Below, one piece after another: positions 54,625 to 63,926 of a DNA stretch of 64,000 nt. Origin of the DNA: a phage; the sequence record PX246730.1; one strand, given 5' to 3'. Both the position numbers and the translations under genes were made by a program. The notes beneath the pieces are model-generated. The model saw only the letters and a list, made by a program, of their open reading frames with translations. It did not search any database and was not told the origin of the DNA. Within the stretch, counting starts at the first letter, position 1; the number at the start of each line of letters is the position of its first letter.

Positions 54625-54823
54625 ACGCCTTTGGGAAGGTTTGGTTATTGATGCACCAGTTATTGTAATTGGTATGCTTATTGCTAACCTATTTACTGAC
54701 TTTAAACAAGGTTTGTTGTTTGGAGTCATGTTACTATGGGTTATATTTGAAATATTAGAGATACAGTTAGGTATCACTGAAAAACTAAGAGAACTCTTTG
54801 CGAAGTTTTCTAAAAAGATTTAA
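54617..54823 (+). CDS. small membrane protein (68 aa)
   Basis: hydrophobic ORF. Confidence 0.35.
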   Translation: MLKRLWEGLVIDAPVIVIGMLIANLFTDFKQGLLFGVMLLWVIFEILEIQLGITEKLRELFAKFSKKI

Positions 54824-54829
54824 AATGAA

Positions 54830-54853
54830 AGGGTCTCTTCGGAGACCTTTTTA
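54830..54853 (+). terminator. intrinsic terminator
   Basis: GGTCTC-ttcg-GAGACC followed by TTTTT. Confidence 0.65.
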
Positions 54854-54871
54854 ACATGTAAAGGGGCAATA

Positions 54872-56068
54872 ATGAACAAAGTACAGATTATTAAAAAGAA
54901 TGGCTCACTCGAAGAACCTGATATCAAAAAAGTTTTAGTAGCAGTCACAAAGTCAGCTAACAGAGTTGGTTATAAAGAGCTTCCACCAGATGTTACTCAA
55001 GCTCTTGAGTCAGCATTTATGAGGATTCTGGTAAAGTCCACTAAGCAGAATAATTTGCTAATTTCTGTAAATGATATTCACAGTATTGTTGAAGGTGCTT
55101 TGGCAGAAGTCAATCACGAGATTTATGAGTCTTACTCAACATACAGAAATTATCGTAAAGAGGTTGCTCAAAATTGGGATGAGCTTTACCAAAAGACTAA
55201 AGACACACTCTTCTTAGGTGACCGTGAAAACGCTAACTTTGACAGTAGTTTAATTTCTACAAAAGGCTCAATTATTCGTGGTTACCTGACTAAAGAAATC
55301 TTTAAACAGTACCATTTAACACCAGAGGAACTCGAATCCATTGAAAAAGGGTTTATCTACATCCATGACTTAAGAGACCTAATTTTTGGTGGGATTAACT
55401 GTTGCCTGTTTGACATTGGTAAAGTACTGAAAGGTGGCTTTGAAATGTCTGGCATCGAATACTGTGAACCAAAATCTGTACTGTCAGCCTTACAAGTTAT
55501 TGGTGATGTAGTTCTTTCAGCAACTGCACAGCAATTTGGTGGCTTTACTTTAGCAGAGATTGATAAGGTACTTGTACCGTATGCTAAGAAGTCTCTACGC
55601 TATCATGCTGAGAAAGCAGCATCTTATGGTATTCCTAAAGAACATTACCACAATTATGTCATGGAGCAGCTACAGATTGAACTGACTCAAGGTTTCCAGT
55701 CACTTGAAATGAAACTAAACACTGTGCCTTGTAGTCGTGGGGATTTTGCATTCACAACTTTGACATTCGGGTTGCTTGACTCAGATATGTCCAATGAAGA
55801 TAACCGACTGCAATATATGATTGCAAGTACTCTCCTAGATGTTCGTATGAATGGACAAGGTAAGAGCAAGAAGCCTGTTGTATTCCCTAAACTGGTTTAT
55901 ATTTATGACCAGAAGAGACACGATGAGAATATCTGTCAAGGCCACCTGTACAGTAAAGCTATTGAGTGTTGCTCTAAAGCTATGTATCCAGATTTCTTAA
56001 GTGTATCTGGTCATGGTGCTGTAGCAGAGGCTTTTGAGCGTTCTGGTAAGGTTATTTCACCGATGGGT
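54872..56068 (+). CDS. nrdD: anaerobic ribonucleotide reductase exon 1
   Basis: N-terminal ATP-cone-like region; ORF ends SPMG then in-frame stop inside intron. Confidence 0.75.
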
Positions 56069-56384
56069 TAACAAGCTCTATAGCTCATCTAAAACGTGCC
56101 TAAACAGGGAAACTCTACAGATGTAGACAATCCTGTGCTAAATGATGTATGATGTAAGAAACTATACAACATAGGAGTCTTACATGCCAAATAACTTCGA
56201 ATACGAGTTTGAATACATCTAAATGCCGAACGACTAACCGTGATGAATGTAGCGGTGTAGGGTCAAGCGACTCGAAATGGTACGCTACTTAGAAATAAGT
56301 AGAAGATATAGTCTGGACTTACTGGCGACAGTAAGCAGCTTGAATAAAGCGGGGTAAGCTTAGCGAACTTACCTGAACAACAAG
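56069..56384 (+). mobile_element. group I intron in nrdD (316 nt, no internal ORF)
   Basis: P-like CAGGGAAA (56105-56112), Q-like AATCCTGTGC (56129-56138), R-like CGAACGACTAAC (56227-56238), S AAGATATAGTC (56303-56313); 5' exon ends in T, intron ends in G; splicing gives in-frame SPMG|CRAFLSP. Confidence 0.7.
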
Positions 56385-57332
56385 TGTAGAGCATTTTTAT
56401 CACCATACCATAACGAATATGGTGAAGAGTTTTATGTAGGTCGTGCTAACATTGGTGCTGTATCTTTGAACTTGCCAATGATTTACCAGTATTCTAAAGA
56501 TAATGGTTTAGATTTCTGGAAAGAGCTTGATAAGTACCTAGAGATGATTCGCAGCTTCCATAAGAAACGCTACGAAATGATTGCTAATATGCCAGCAAGT
56601 TCTAACCCTCTTGCATTCACACAAGGTGGTCTGTACAAAGGGAATAAGAAACCTACTGACAAGGTTGGTTGGGATATCGTGAAGTCCTTCACAGCTTCTT
56701 TTGGGGTTACTGCGCTTGATGAGTTGTCTGTTCTTGCTGAAGGTAAACGACTTCATGAAGCTGGAAGCTGTAGTTTTGCATACGATGTTCTGGAATACAT
56801 CAACATGAAAACTGAAGAGTTTAAAAACGAAGACGGCTTCTTATATGCAGTCTATGGCACTCCAGCAGAATCACTTTGTGGAACTCAGCTAAAACAGTTC
56901 AGAGATATGTTTGGCGTTATCAAAGGTGTTTCTGACAAGGAATATTTTACAAACAGTTTCCATATGAATGTTGCAGCAAACATCTCACCATTTGAGAAGC
57001 AGGACTTAGAAGAACCATTCTTCCATATCTGTAGAGGTGGCAGAATCCAGTATGTAAGGGTAGCTAACCCAGAAAACTTAACAGCACTTAAAAGTTGTAT
57101 TACAAGAGGGATGTTGAAAGGTTTTTATCAGGGACTTAACTTTGACTTAGCAATCTGTGAACATTGTGGTAACAGACCAAAGGCTGATGTTGAAGAATGT
57201 GAGGTTTGTCATTCACATGATATCTCTGTGATTAACAGGGTGTGTGGGTACTTGTCATTCACAAAAATTAAAGGTCAGTCTCGAATGAATGACGCTAAGA
57301 TGGCAGAAATTAAGGATAGGATTTCTATGTAA
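56385..57332 (+). CDS. nrdD: anaerobic ribonucleotide reductase exon 2
   Basis: C-terminal Zn site CEHCGN...CEVCHSHD and glycyl-radical motif RVCGYL; combined length 714 aa. Confidence 0.75.
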   Translation, partial: CRAFLSPYHNEYGEEFYVGRANIGAVSLNLPMIYQYSKDNGLDFWKELDKYLEMIRSFHKKRYEMIANMPASSNPLAFTQGGLYKGNKKPTDKVGWDIVKSFTASFGVTALDELSVLAEGKRLHEAGSCSFAYDVLEYINMKTEEFKNEDGFLYAVYGTPAESLCGTQLKQFRDMFGVIKGVSDKEYFTNSFHMNVAANISPFEKQDLEEPFFHICRGGRIQYVRVANPENLTALKSCITRGMLKGFYQGLNFDLAICEHCGNRPKADVEECEVCHSHDISVINRVCGYLSFTKIKGQSRMNDAKMAEIKDRISM

Positions 57333-57343
57333 AACTTGACAAG

Positions 57344-57730
57344 GTGGTGTGGGTCTTGATAGGCTTACATCACCTTTTTATTTGGAGTTACATTATGGAC
57401 TTGTGGCTTTATGTAGCAGTTTGTGGGGTTGTATGTCTGATAATCTTATTTATTCTTGGAGTAATGCGATTTAGAGACATCATACAGTCAGATTTTTTAC
57501 CTGAGTTTGCCATGATAGTTGGGGTTATTACCCTTTGTGTCTTGGCGGTGTTCTATTCATACAAAGCTGTGATATGGATGGAGGCAAACAATTGTGTAAA
57601 AACTCATCAGCATCGTGAGGTTACTTATTATGTGAGTGTACTTAGTGGTAGCACCACTATACTTGTCCCACAAACTTCTGTAGAGTATCTTTACACATGC
57701 GATAATGGTAAAACTATATGGTGGAATTAA
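57344..57730 (+). CDS. hypothetical membrane protein
   Basis: multiple hydrophobic segments. Confidence 0.4.
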   Translation: MVWVLIGLHHLFIWSYIMDLWLYVAVCGVVCLIILFILGVMRFRDIIQSDFLPEFAMIVGVITLCVLAVFYSYKAVIWMEANNCVKTHQHREVTYYVSVLSGSTTILVPQTSVEYLYTCDNGKTIWWN

Positions 57731-57933
57731 CAATGACAACACTCTTAAAAGTATTGATACCCATACTGCATATAGCAGTCTTCTTCTTTGGGGTTAGTGT
57801 TATGGTATGGGGTTTTTCAGACCCACAATGGGGTTTCTCATATCATGGTCAGATGGATTTATGGTCATGCTTCAAACCATTTTTAGGGTTAGCTATAGCA
57901 TTCAGTGCATTACCAACTAAGGTGAAATTATGA
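57718..57933 (+). CDS. hypothetical membrane protein (71 aa)
   Basis: hydrophobic ORF. Confidence 0.35.
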   Translation: MVELTMTTLLKVLIPILHIAVFFFGVSVMVWGFSDPQWGFSYHGQMDLWSCFKPFLGLAIAFSALPTKVKL

Positions 57934-58325
57934 TTAAGTTAAACCAAAAACAGTTAGAGTGGCTTAAAGATTACGCCTCAGAGTGTGGCTCTTGCGAAAA
58001 GAATCACGTCAGGTACTCAACATTCCATACGACCTTTACATTGTATATCAGCGACAACGTTCTAATCGATTCCGTAGAAGATGGTGTAGCATTGCCTAAT
58101 GAATTACTTGATAAATTAGCTGTAGTCACTGGAACGTGGAGTGAAGAAGATGGTCATGAACTATCTAACGATATTGTCTTCTACAGTCTTGAAAACATTA
58201 TGAATCCAGAGTACATTATGCTAATGACTTGTGCACAAGACTGTGTACCATTACAAAACTTCATTAAAGAGCACTGTGAAGAATTTATTACTAAACAGGT
58301 TCCTTGTCAGGTGGTGTTTGAATGA
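57930..58325 (+). CDS. hypothetical protein (131 aa)
   Basis: ORF track. Confidence 0.4.
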   Translation: MIKLNQKQLEWLKDYASECGSCEKNHVRYSTFHTTFTLYISDNVLIDSVEDGVALPNELLDKLAVVTGTWSEEDGHELSNDIVFYSLENIMNPEYIMLMTCAQDCVPLQNFIKEHCEEFITKQVPCQVVFE

Positions 58326-58621
58326 GTAAAACAATTCGAAGAAAAGGTTTAAAGAACGTTCATGGACTTTATGAGTGGAGAAATGAGGTACGTAACAGAG
58401 AAAATGCTTCAGAGGTCTACTATCACTCTGATATGATGTCCAGAAAAGGTGGCTCTTATGACTTCACAAGTCAGCCTTGTAGAGAGATTAAGAAGGCTAC
58501 TAAACGTCTTACAAGAACACAAATAAGGCAGCTTTCTAAGACATCCTTCTTAGATGAAGATTTTGACATTGATAGTAAGTCTCCAAAGAAAGCTGCTCAG
58601 AGCACTTATATGTATTGGTGA
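58322..58621 (+). CDS. hypothetical protein (99 aa)
   Basis: ORF track. Confidence 0.4.
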   Translation: MSKTIRRKGLKNVHGLYEWRNEVRNRENASEVYYHSDMMSRKGGSYDFTSQPCREIKKATKRLTRTQIRQLSKTSFLDEDFDIDSKSPKKAAQSTYMYW

Positions 58622-58630
58622 GGTAACTAG

Positions 58631-59116
58631 ATGAATTACATGGAGATTAGACAATTTGACACAGCTAATGGTGAAGGGGTTCGTGTAAGCCTCTTCGTAG
58701 CTGGTTGTAAGCATCACTGTGAAGGCTGCTTTAACAGGGAGTCTTGGAAGTTTAATGCTGGTAAAGAGTTTACTTATGCAAATCTCTACGGAATCATCCA
58801 GTTAATGGGTGACAATGCTGTCAGTGGGCTGTCAATACTTGGTGGAGAACCTCTGGATGATAGAAATATTCAAGAGGTTACCAATATATGTAAACGTATT
58901 AAAACTGTTTATCCAGAGAAGACTATATGGCTCTGGACAGGTTTTCAGTTACACGAAAAAATTCACCTAGATGTAATGAAATATGTTGACGTGGTGATTG
59001 ATGGTAAGTATGATTCATCTAAACCAACAGTTAAACCATATCGTGGTTCTGATAACCAAAACCTCTGGAGAAAAGAGTATGGATGGCAAGGCGACTGTCA
59101 ATGGCGAGCCGAATGA
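58631..59116 (+). CDS. nrdG: anaerobic ribonucleotide reductase activating protein (radical SAM)
   Basis: CKHHCEGC cysteine motif, about 160 aa, downstream of nrdD. Confidence 0.75.
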   Translation: MNYMEIRQFDTANGEGVRVSLFVAGCKHHCEGCFNRESWKFNAGKEFTYANLYGIIQLMGDNAVSGLSILGGEPLDDRNIQEVTNICKRIKTVYPEKTIWLWTGFQLHEKIHLDVMKYVDVVIDGKYDSSKPTVKPYRGSDNQNLWRKEYGWQGDCQWRAE

Positions 59117-59354
59117 TTATTCTGGCAAGTGGACTTACGACATCAACAAGTTAGATGCTTGGATGATTTACACAAGAGAAAAATTTGGTGCACATTCATT
59201 ATGTGCTCTTGCAACGATTGTAAAGAATGTCACCTTTATCATTCATGAATCTGATAAGTTTGGAGACCTCTACATAATTCAAAACATCAGAGAAGGTATA
59301 ACTCCAATCGGTATCACTGAAGAAGAGCTTCATAAGTTCTGTATCAAACTTTAA
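59079..59354 (+). CDS. hypothetical protein
   Basis: ORF track 58998-59354 trimmed to ATG at 59079 with GGAG upstream. Confidence 0.35.
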   Translation: MDGKATVNGEPNDYSGKWTYDINKLDAWMIYTREKFGAHSLCALATIVKNVTFIIHESDKFGDLYIIQNIREGITPIGITEEELHKFCIKL

Positions 59355-59357
59355 TGA

Positions 59358-59636
59358 GTGAGACTAAAAATGGGAATTTTAGGTAATATGAAAGCTGGCT
59401 TCTTGAAGGCACTGGCAAAAGCAGCAGCAATCATTTCTATGACTGGAAAGCAGGTTGGTGTGGATGCTTCAGCAATTGCACAGGTTCTTGCAAGCCAAAT
59501 TGAACAGCAGCCTTACATCCACGTTGGACGTGGTAAAGGTGGTAAAAAACAAGCACATCGACCAACTGGTGCAGCAGCTATTAAACGAGCAGCTAAGAAA
59601 GCTCGTAACCGTAAACGCAATAAGAAGGCTAAATAA
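59358..59636 (+). CDS. small basic protein (Lys/Arg-rich C-terminus)
   Basis: ORF track. Confidence 0.4.
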   Translation: MRLKMGILGNMKAGFLKALAKAAAIISMTGKQVGVDASAIAQVLASQIEQQPYIHVGRGKGGKKQAHRPTGAAAIKRAAKKARNRKRNKKAK

Positions 59637-59638
59637 TC

Positions 59639-59959
59639 ATGAGCAAAGTTTATAACACTCGCAAATTACAGATTTTCGTACTGTGCCAGTTTATGGCTAA
59701 AGAATACAACTTCTACTATTGTGGCACAGGTTTTATTAGCGACGATGACGGTTCATACCTACCATTCAAAGAAGCTGTAAAGCTCTTTAATGAAGAGAAA
59801 AGCTCTAAGAAAGATATTGAAAAGGTTAAACTAACCTACAGCAAGAAAGATAAGAAGATTATCTGCCTAGATAACTTTGTAAAAGTTACTGGAGAAGCAA
59901 AAGAGTTTATGGATGAGAGTGAGATTTCATTCACAAGCATCTTGAAAGTAGCTCAGTAA
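59639..59959 (+). CDS. hypothetical protein (106 aa)
   Basis: ORF track. Confidence 0.4.
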   Translation: MSKVYNTRKLQIFVLCQFMAKEYNFYYCGTGFISDDDGSYLPFKEAVKLFNEEKSSKKDIEKVKLTYSKKDKKIICLDNFVKVTGEAKEFMDESEISFTSILKVAQ

Positions 59960-60010
59960 ACAGATACTATAAGGGGACTGTAAAGGTTCCCTTTTTATTT
60001 TGGAGATAAA

Positions 60011-60526
60011 ATGTATCTGTCAAACCTGAAACGTTCTGCTGCAATGTCTGTCCTAAGACTGAGCTTTGAGGAACGTCAAGAGTTCATTGACTCCCACCAA
60101 TATGACCCTTCTAACTCTAATCACATGATTCTCTGGAATCGTGACAGCACTCGTGAAAGAGCACTATTCCGCTATTACCCACATTACACCATAGATAATC
60201 TGTATGAATGTTTTGTTGTGAAGAACACTATTGCAGTGCTCAATAAGCTTTGTAGATACACAGGTAACCAGTCCTTCACATTAGGTCACCACAAGCCTGT
60301 TACAAAAGGTGGTGAACATCACTGTGCAAACTGGTTTATTCAGACTAAACTTGATAACCAGAAGCAAGGAGATAGTCTTCTAAGCACACCGAAGATGACC
60401 TATGAAGAGCAAGAGAAATATATCAAAAATAATATGCCAGATGTGCTTGACAACAACTATACAGATTTGGCAATATCTCTCCTGTTGAAGTTCGAGGCAG
60501 TTTATAGGGCAACTTACAATGGCTAA
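60011..60526 (+). CDS. HNH-like nuclease domain protein (putative)
   Basis: CRYTGNQSFTLGHHKPVTKGGEHHCANWFIQTKLDNQKQGD resembles HNH pattern (C..G...HH.P...GG....N......N). Confidence 0.4.
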   Translation: MYLSNLKRSAAMSVLRLSFEERQEFIDSHQYDPSNSNHMILWNRDSTRERALFRYYPHYTIDNLYECFVVKNTIAVLNKLCRYTGNQSFTLGHHKPVTKGGEHHCANWFIQTKLDNQKQGDSLLSTPKMTYEEQEKYIKNNMPDVLDNNYTDLAISLLLKFEAVYRATYNG

Positions 60527-60641
60527 AACCTGTACCAGACAGCACAGGTAACTGTAGTGTACTTTATCACGTTGTAGACCCTACAAAATGCAAATCTGCA
60601 ATGGCAGTGACAAACGTAACTTTTGATTGAGAGAGAAAACT

Positions 60642-61523
60642 ATGAAAACATCTATCCGTGTTACAGTTCATTCACCAACTAAAGGGACTCATGAAGAAGA
60701 GTTTAACATCGTACAATTTCCTTCTGGTGAGATTGGTGGGCACTTTTCGCCAGAGTTTGTCGATTTTACTACTTATGCAGCATCATCCATCAACAATGTG
60801 ATTATGATTGTAAAAGGTTATGATAAGGACACATTGTTTGCTGTGGCGCTTGCTAAAGAAGCAATTGATGATTTAGTTCCTCATGATTATGCTCTGAAGA
60901 CTGTCATTTTTTACTACTTGCCGAATGCACGATATGACCGTCACATGTTTAAAGGCGACGCAGCAGCTTTAAAGGTTTTTGCTAAACAAATTAATGCAAT
61001 GGGGTTTGGCGCAGTCTGTGCAGTTGACCCTCATAGTTACGTTCCAGATAACCTGTTTAACTGCTTCCAGAGTATCCCTCAAAAGGAAATTGCAGTCCAC
61101 TATGCAAATGACCCACTGGTTGATTACTTAGTCGCCCCAGATGCAGGTGCTTCTAAGAAGATTGCAGAGACTGCTAAAGAGGTGGATAAACCATATATCA
61201 CAATGTCTAAAGTACGCAACCTTAAGACTGGTGAAATTACTGGTATGCGAATCCTTGATGATGTTGATTTGACAGATAAAACTGTTATGATTCTTGATGA
61301 TATCTGTGATGGTGGTCGAACCTTCATAGAAGCAGCTAAACATCTTCGTGAAGCAGGTGCAAAACGTGTGGAACTCTATGTAACACATGGCATCTTCTCT
61401 AAAGGTGTTGAAAATTTACTTGACAATGGTATTGACCATATCTACACTACAAACTCTTTAGGCGAAGCTAAAGACCGTGGCTTAACACATTATAGCCAAG
61501 TTACTGTAGCAAACCTTGATTGA
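60642..61523 (+). CDS. ribose-phosphate pyrophosphokinase (Prs) family protein
   Basis: Prs-like motifs VDPHSYVPDN, LVAPDAGASKK, MILDDICDGGRT; ATG at 60642 after GAGAGAGAAAA. Confidence 0.75.
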   Translation: MKTSIRVTVHSPTKGTHEEEFNIVQFPSGEIGGHFSPEFVDFTTYAASSINNVIMIVKGYDKDTLFAVALAKEAIDDLVPHDYALKTVIFYYLPNARYDRHMFKGDAAALKVFAKQINAMGFGAVCAVDPHSYVPDNLFNCFQSIPQKEIAVHYANDPLVDYLVAPDAGASKKIAETAKEVDKPYITMSKVRNLKTGEITGMRILDDVDLTDKTVMILDDICDGGRTFIEAAKHLREAGAKRVELYVTHGIFSKGVENLLDNGIDHIYTTNSLGEAKDRGLTHYSQVTVANLD

Positions 61524-61531
61524 AAGTTTAT

Positions 61532-61554
61532 AGGGGCTTAAAAGCCCCATTTTG
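61532..61554 (+). terminator. intrinsic terminator-like hairpin
   Basis: GGGGCTT-aaa-AGCCCC followed by ATTTTG. Confidence 0.45.
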
Positions 61555-61568
61555 AGAGAGATTAAAAG

Positions 61569-63350
61569 ATGACTAAATCACTTTATGCAGTACCAGTAGG
61601 TTTAAACGCAGATGCTTACAAATCTGGTCATGTTTACCAGTATCCTAGTGCAACAGAGTACTTGATGTTCAACCTGACACCACGCAGTGATAAATGGTTT
61701 AACAGTCCTTTAGCAATTGACGGTGTAGTGGCTTTTGGTATTCAACGTTTCGTTAAAGATTACTTGATAGACCACTGGAACGCCACTTTCTTTGAACGTG
61801 ATAAAAAAGAAGCAATTGATGAAATCTTAGAAGTCATGAATGGTGTTCTGGGTAAAGATGCTATCGGTCGAGAGCACTGGGAAGCACTTCACGACTTAGG
61901 TTATCTGCCAGTCGAAGTATACGCTGTAGAAGAAGGCACAGTTGTTCCGATGCGTGTCCCAATGATTGTCTTCCAGAACACTGTTTCAGGTTTCCATTGG
62001 GTAGCGGGGTATCTGGAAGATGCTTTCTCTGCTGAGATTTGGAAGGCTTGTACCATTGCAACTATTGCATTGCATTATAAACGCATCTGTAAGAAGTGGG
62101 CTGACCTTACTTGCGACAACGACTTACATTTACCTTATCAGTGCCATGACTTTGCTATGCGTGGTATGTCCGGCTTTACTGATGACGCATTTAACGCTGT
62201 AGGCCACTTAACCAGCTTTAAAGGAACTGATAGCTTCCCTGCTGTATACACGGCTAAACGCATCTATGGGCAGTCTTACCCAATCTCTGATATTGGTAGT
62301 TCTGTACCAGCCACTGAACACTCTGTAATGTGTGCAAACATTGCTTGGGAAGGTGGTAATGAGTTGATTGAAGAAGAAAGACGCTTTAAAGGTGAGTTAC
62401 AAACCTTCCGTCGATTCTTAACAGAAACTTACCCAACTGGTATTGCAAGTGTTGTTTCAGATACTTATAACTTCTGGAGAACTGTATCAGAAATCTTACC
62501 ATCGCTTCGTAAAGAGATTATGGAACGTGATGGCAAACTGGTCATTCGTCCTGACTCTGGAGACCCTGTACATATTGTCACAGGTTATAAAGCAATCCAC
62601 TTAGAATGTGCTAAGAAGGCTTATTACGAGCACCTAAGCAAGCTTGAAGCCAGCGACACAATGTTGAACGCTGTTCTGAACATGAAGCTTGAAAACATCA
62701 ATTATGGTATTGCTGGATGGCTACTGTCAGAAGGCTACGAAATGGTTGTTGACAGAGAAGACTTTGAAGTTGCTGATACAGTGTTGTTGAAAAACGCTTA
62801 TATGGTTGGTTCTGCAAATGTTGTAACACGTCCTGTAGCAGAGATTGATGGGGCTATTAAGACCCTGTATAACATCTTTGGAGGGACTATCAACTCTAAA
62901 GGCTTTAAGGTACTGGATGAGCACATTGGCCTTATCTATGGTGACTCTATCACGTTGGAACGTGCAAACGAAATCCTGAAGCGTTTGTATGAAATGGGTT
63001 TTGCAAGCTCTAACGTAGTGTTTGGTGTAGGTTCTTACACTTACCAGTACATGACTCGTGACACCTTTGCATTTGCTGTCAAAGCAACTCTTGCAAGCAT
63101 TGGTGGTAAAGAGATTATGCTTGCAAAAGACCCTAAAACAGATAGCGGTGTTAAGAAGTCTGCTTTTGGTGGTGTAGCGCCCATGTGGGATGGGGATAAG
63201 CTGAAAGCTGTAGATGGCTATGGATTCCAGAGCTTTGCAGATGTGCTTGAACATCCAGCTTGTGCTTTACGTTTAGTCTTTAGTGACTCTGAGCAGTTCG
63301 GTTACACAACTCTTGGTGATATTCGAAATAATATTGACAAGCAGCTTTAA
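61569..63350 (+). CDS. nicotinamide phosphoribosyltransferase (Nampt/NadV) family protein
   Basis: 593 aa; N-terminal YxxxxY..GH region and overall resemblance to Nampt-family enzymes; immediately downstream of Prs-like gene. Confidence 0.7.
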   Translation: MTKSLYAVPVGLNADAYKSGHVYQYPSATEYLMFNLTPRSDKWFNSPLAIDGVVAFGIQRFVKDYLIDHWNATFFERDKKEAIDEILEVMNGVLGKDAIGREHWEALHDLGYLPVEVYAVEEGTVVPMRVPMIVFQNTVSGFHWVAGYLEDAFSAEIWKACTIATIALHYKRICKKWADLTCDNDLHLPYQCHDFAMRGMSGFTDDAFNAVGHLTSFKGTDSFPAVYTAKRIYGQSYPISDIGSSVPATEHSVMCANIAWEGGNELIEEERRFKGELQTFRRFLTETYPTGIASVVSDTYNFWRTVSEILPSLRKEIMERDGKLVIRPDSGDPVHIVTGYKAIHLECAKKAYYEHLSKLEASDTMLNAVLNMKLENINYGIAGWLLSEGYEMVVDREDFEVADTVLLKNAYMVGSANVVTRPVAEIDGAIKTLYNIFGGTINSKGFKVLDEHIGLIYGDSITLERANEILKRLYEMGFASSNVVFGVGSYTYQYMTRDTFAFAVKATLASIGGKEIMLAKDPKTDSGVKKSAFGGVAPMWDGDKLKAVDGYGFQSFADVLEHPACALRLVFSDSEQFGYTTLGDIRNNIDKQL

Positions 63351-63364
63351 AAGTATATGATAAG

Positions 63365-63390
63365 AGGCTCCTACGGGAGCCTTTTTAATT
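63365..63390 (+). terminator. intrinsic terminator
   Basis: GGCTCC-tacg-GGAGCC followed by TTTTTAATTT. Confidence 0.65.
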
Positions 63391-63403
63391 TCTGGAGAAG
63401 ATT

Positions 63404-63739
63404 ATGAAAATCAAAGAAATGAACATCAACATTGTCTTAGAAGAACGCTGGGAGAACATTAAGAAGCCTGAAAATGGTCATAAGTTCCTTAACAAAATTT
63501 TAGTAGCAGCTAAAGAAGAACTGACTGGTAAGATTGCAGCAGCAATCACAATAAAGGTCTGTGTAAAAGGTCTTCCAGACAATCACCAATTTGCACTTGA
63601 CGAGTTTAAAGAAAGCTTCTACAATCCAAACAAACAGATGCTTGAAAGTAACTTTGCAGTATCTACAAGTATCGTTCATGACAGAAGCTTTATCCTTTAC
63701 AAGAATATGAGAGGTGAGTCATGCAAGCATATTGGATAG
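63404..63739 (+). CDS. hypothetical protein (111 aa)
   Basis: ORF track. Confidence 0.45.
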   Translation: MKIKEMNINIVLEERWENIKKPENGHKFLNKILVAAKEELTGKIAAAITIKVCVKGLPDNHQFALDEFKESFYNPNKQMLESNFAVSTSIVHDRSFILYKNMRGESCKHIG

Positions 63740-63897
63740 AAATTTTACTGTCACTTGGTAGTGTAGCAGTATTTGTTTACCTTCTTTGCAAGTACTATGC
63801 AGAACACAAAAAATGTGACTTCTGTAATGGAGAAGGTTATACAAGAGCAGGTTGTTGCCCTGTGTGTGGCGGTTCTGGTAAAATGTTTAATAAGTAA
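63721..63897 (+). CDS. small membrane/zinc-ribbon protein (58 aa), not in ORF track
   Basis: hydrophobic N-terminus then CDFCNGEG...CCPVCGGSG. Confidence 0.3.
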   Translation: MQAYWIEILLSLGSVAVFVYLLCKYYAEHKKCDFCNGEGYTRAGCCPVCGGSGKMFNK

Positions 63898-63926
63898 TTC
63901 AACAGTAAATTAAGAGGAAAGTATTA

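Noticed and set aside
62727-63254. 175-aa minus-strand ORF
   Set aside because: Antisense to the Nampt-like gene; Cys/Phe-rich low-complexity translation.
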